Source: Tubiluchus corallicola
Taxonomy: Eukaryota > Animalia > Priapulida
Assembly: GCA_030141605.1 (NCBI GenBank)
Contig: JAQGDQ010000004.1
Coordinates: 496,001-560,000, forward strand
Reading direction: 5' to 3'
DNA length: 64,000 nt
This document shows positions 63,752-64,000 of the stretch, piece by piece (position 1 is the stretch's first letter; each line of letters opens with the position of its first letter). A program made the translations under genes and the position numbers. Below the pieces are notes generated by a model. The model ran no database searches, was not told the origin of the DNA, and saw only the letters and a list, made by a program, of their open reading frames with translations.

Positions 63752-64000
63752 TTAAGCAGTTTTTACAGTTGCATCATGCTGTACATGCTGAACCATTCTA
63801 ATTATTACCCATATATTGACCATAAAAAACATTACTCCTGCTAACCATATGTACATGAAAGTGTTATATCCTTCAAATTCCAGATAATACGCAGGTATCA
63901 GCCAAACACCTTGCACAATAAACCAAGGCAGCCAGGTAATTAAAAATGAAGAAAATGAGCAGGAGCAACGAGGCAAAAGTATTGGCACAAAACAAAGAAA
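63752..64000 (-). CDS. PIGM: GPI mannosyltransferase 1 (PIG-M/GPI14), C-terminal 82 aa, 5'-partial
   Basis: FLCFVPILLP..WFIVQGVWLIPAYYLEFEGYNTFMYIWLAGVMFFMVNIWVI matches the PIG-M C-terminus ([37 protein letters not shown]); the frame is open to the window edge. Confidence 0.92.
   Translation of the reverse strand, partial: FLCFVPILLPRCSCSFSSFLITWLPWFIVQGVWLIPAYYLEFEGYNTFMYIWLAGVMFFMVNIWVIIRMVQHVQHDATVKTA

Overview
AT-rich, intron-containing animal (invertebrate-like) genomic DNA; no prokaryotic, CRISPR, rRNA or tRNA features were found. Four protein-coding genes were reconstructed exon by exon from GT-AG sites with consistent intron phases. (1) NFX1 (RING plus NF-X1 zinc-finger repeats), minus strand, 11 coding exons 13256->68, running off the left edge before the R3H domain. 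(2) An MRL-family adaptor (RAPH1/lamellipodin-RIAM/APBB1IP-Pico/MIG-10 type: talin-binding-like helices, coiled coil, RA, PH, Pro-rich tail), plus strand, 12 coding exons 14956->55498, about 1151 aa. It lies head-to-head with NFX1 across a ~500 bp CCAAT-rich promoter, its ATG appears split by intron 1, and intron 2 is 32.35 kb. (3) An unidentified ~201-aa acidic coiled-coil gene, minus strand, 60989->57827, with all introns in phase 1 and a perfectly duplicated candidate 5'UTR exon. (4) The 3' end of PIGM, minus strand, 63752-64000. The large intron is about 3-4 times richer in CpG than the neighbouring gene bodies and holds MITE-like elements, hairpins and candidate internal promoter/first-exon signals. 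One NFX1 intron carries a probable transposon fossil. I see no clear evidence for a wholly new biological system; the most notable items are gene-architecture and regulatory oddities.
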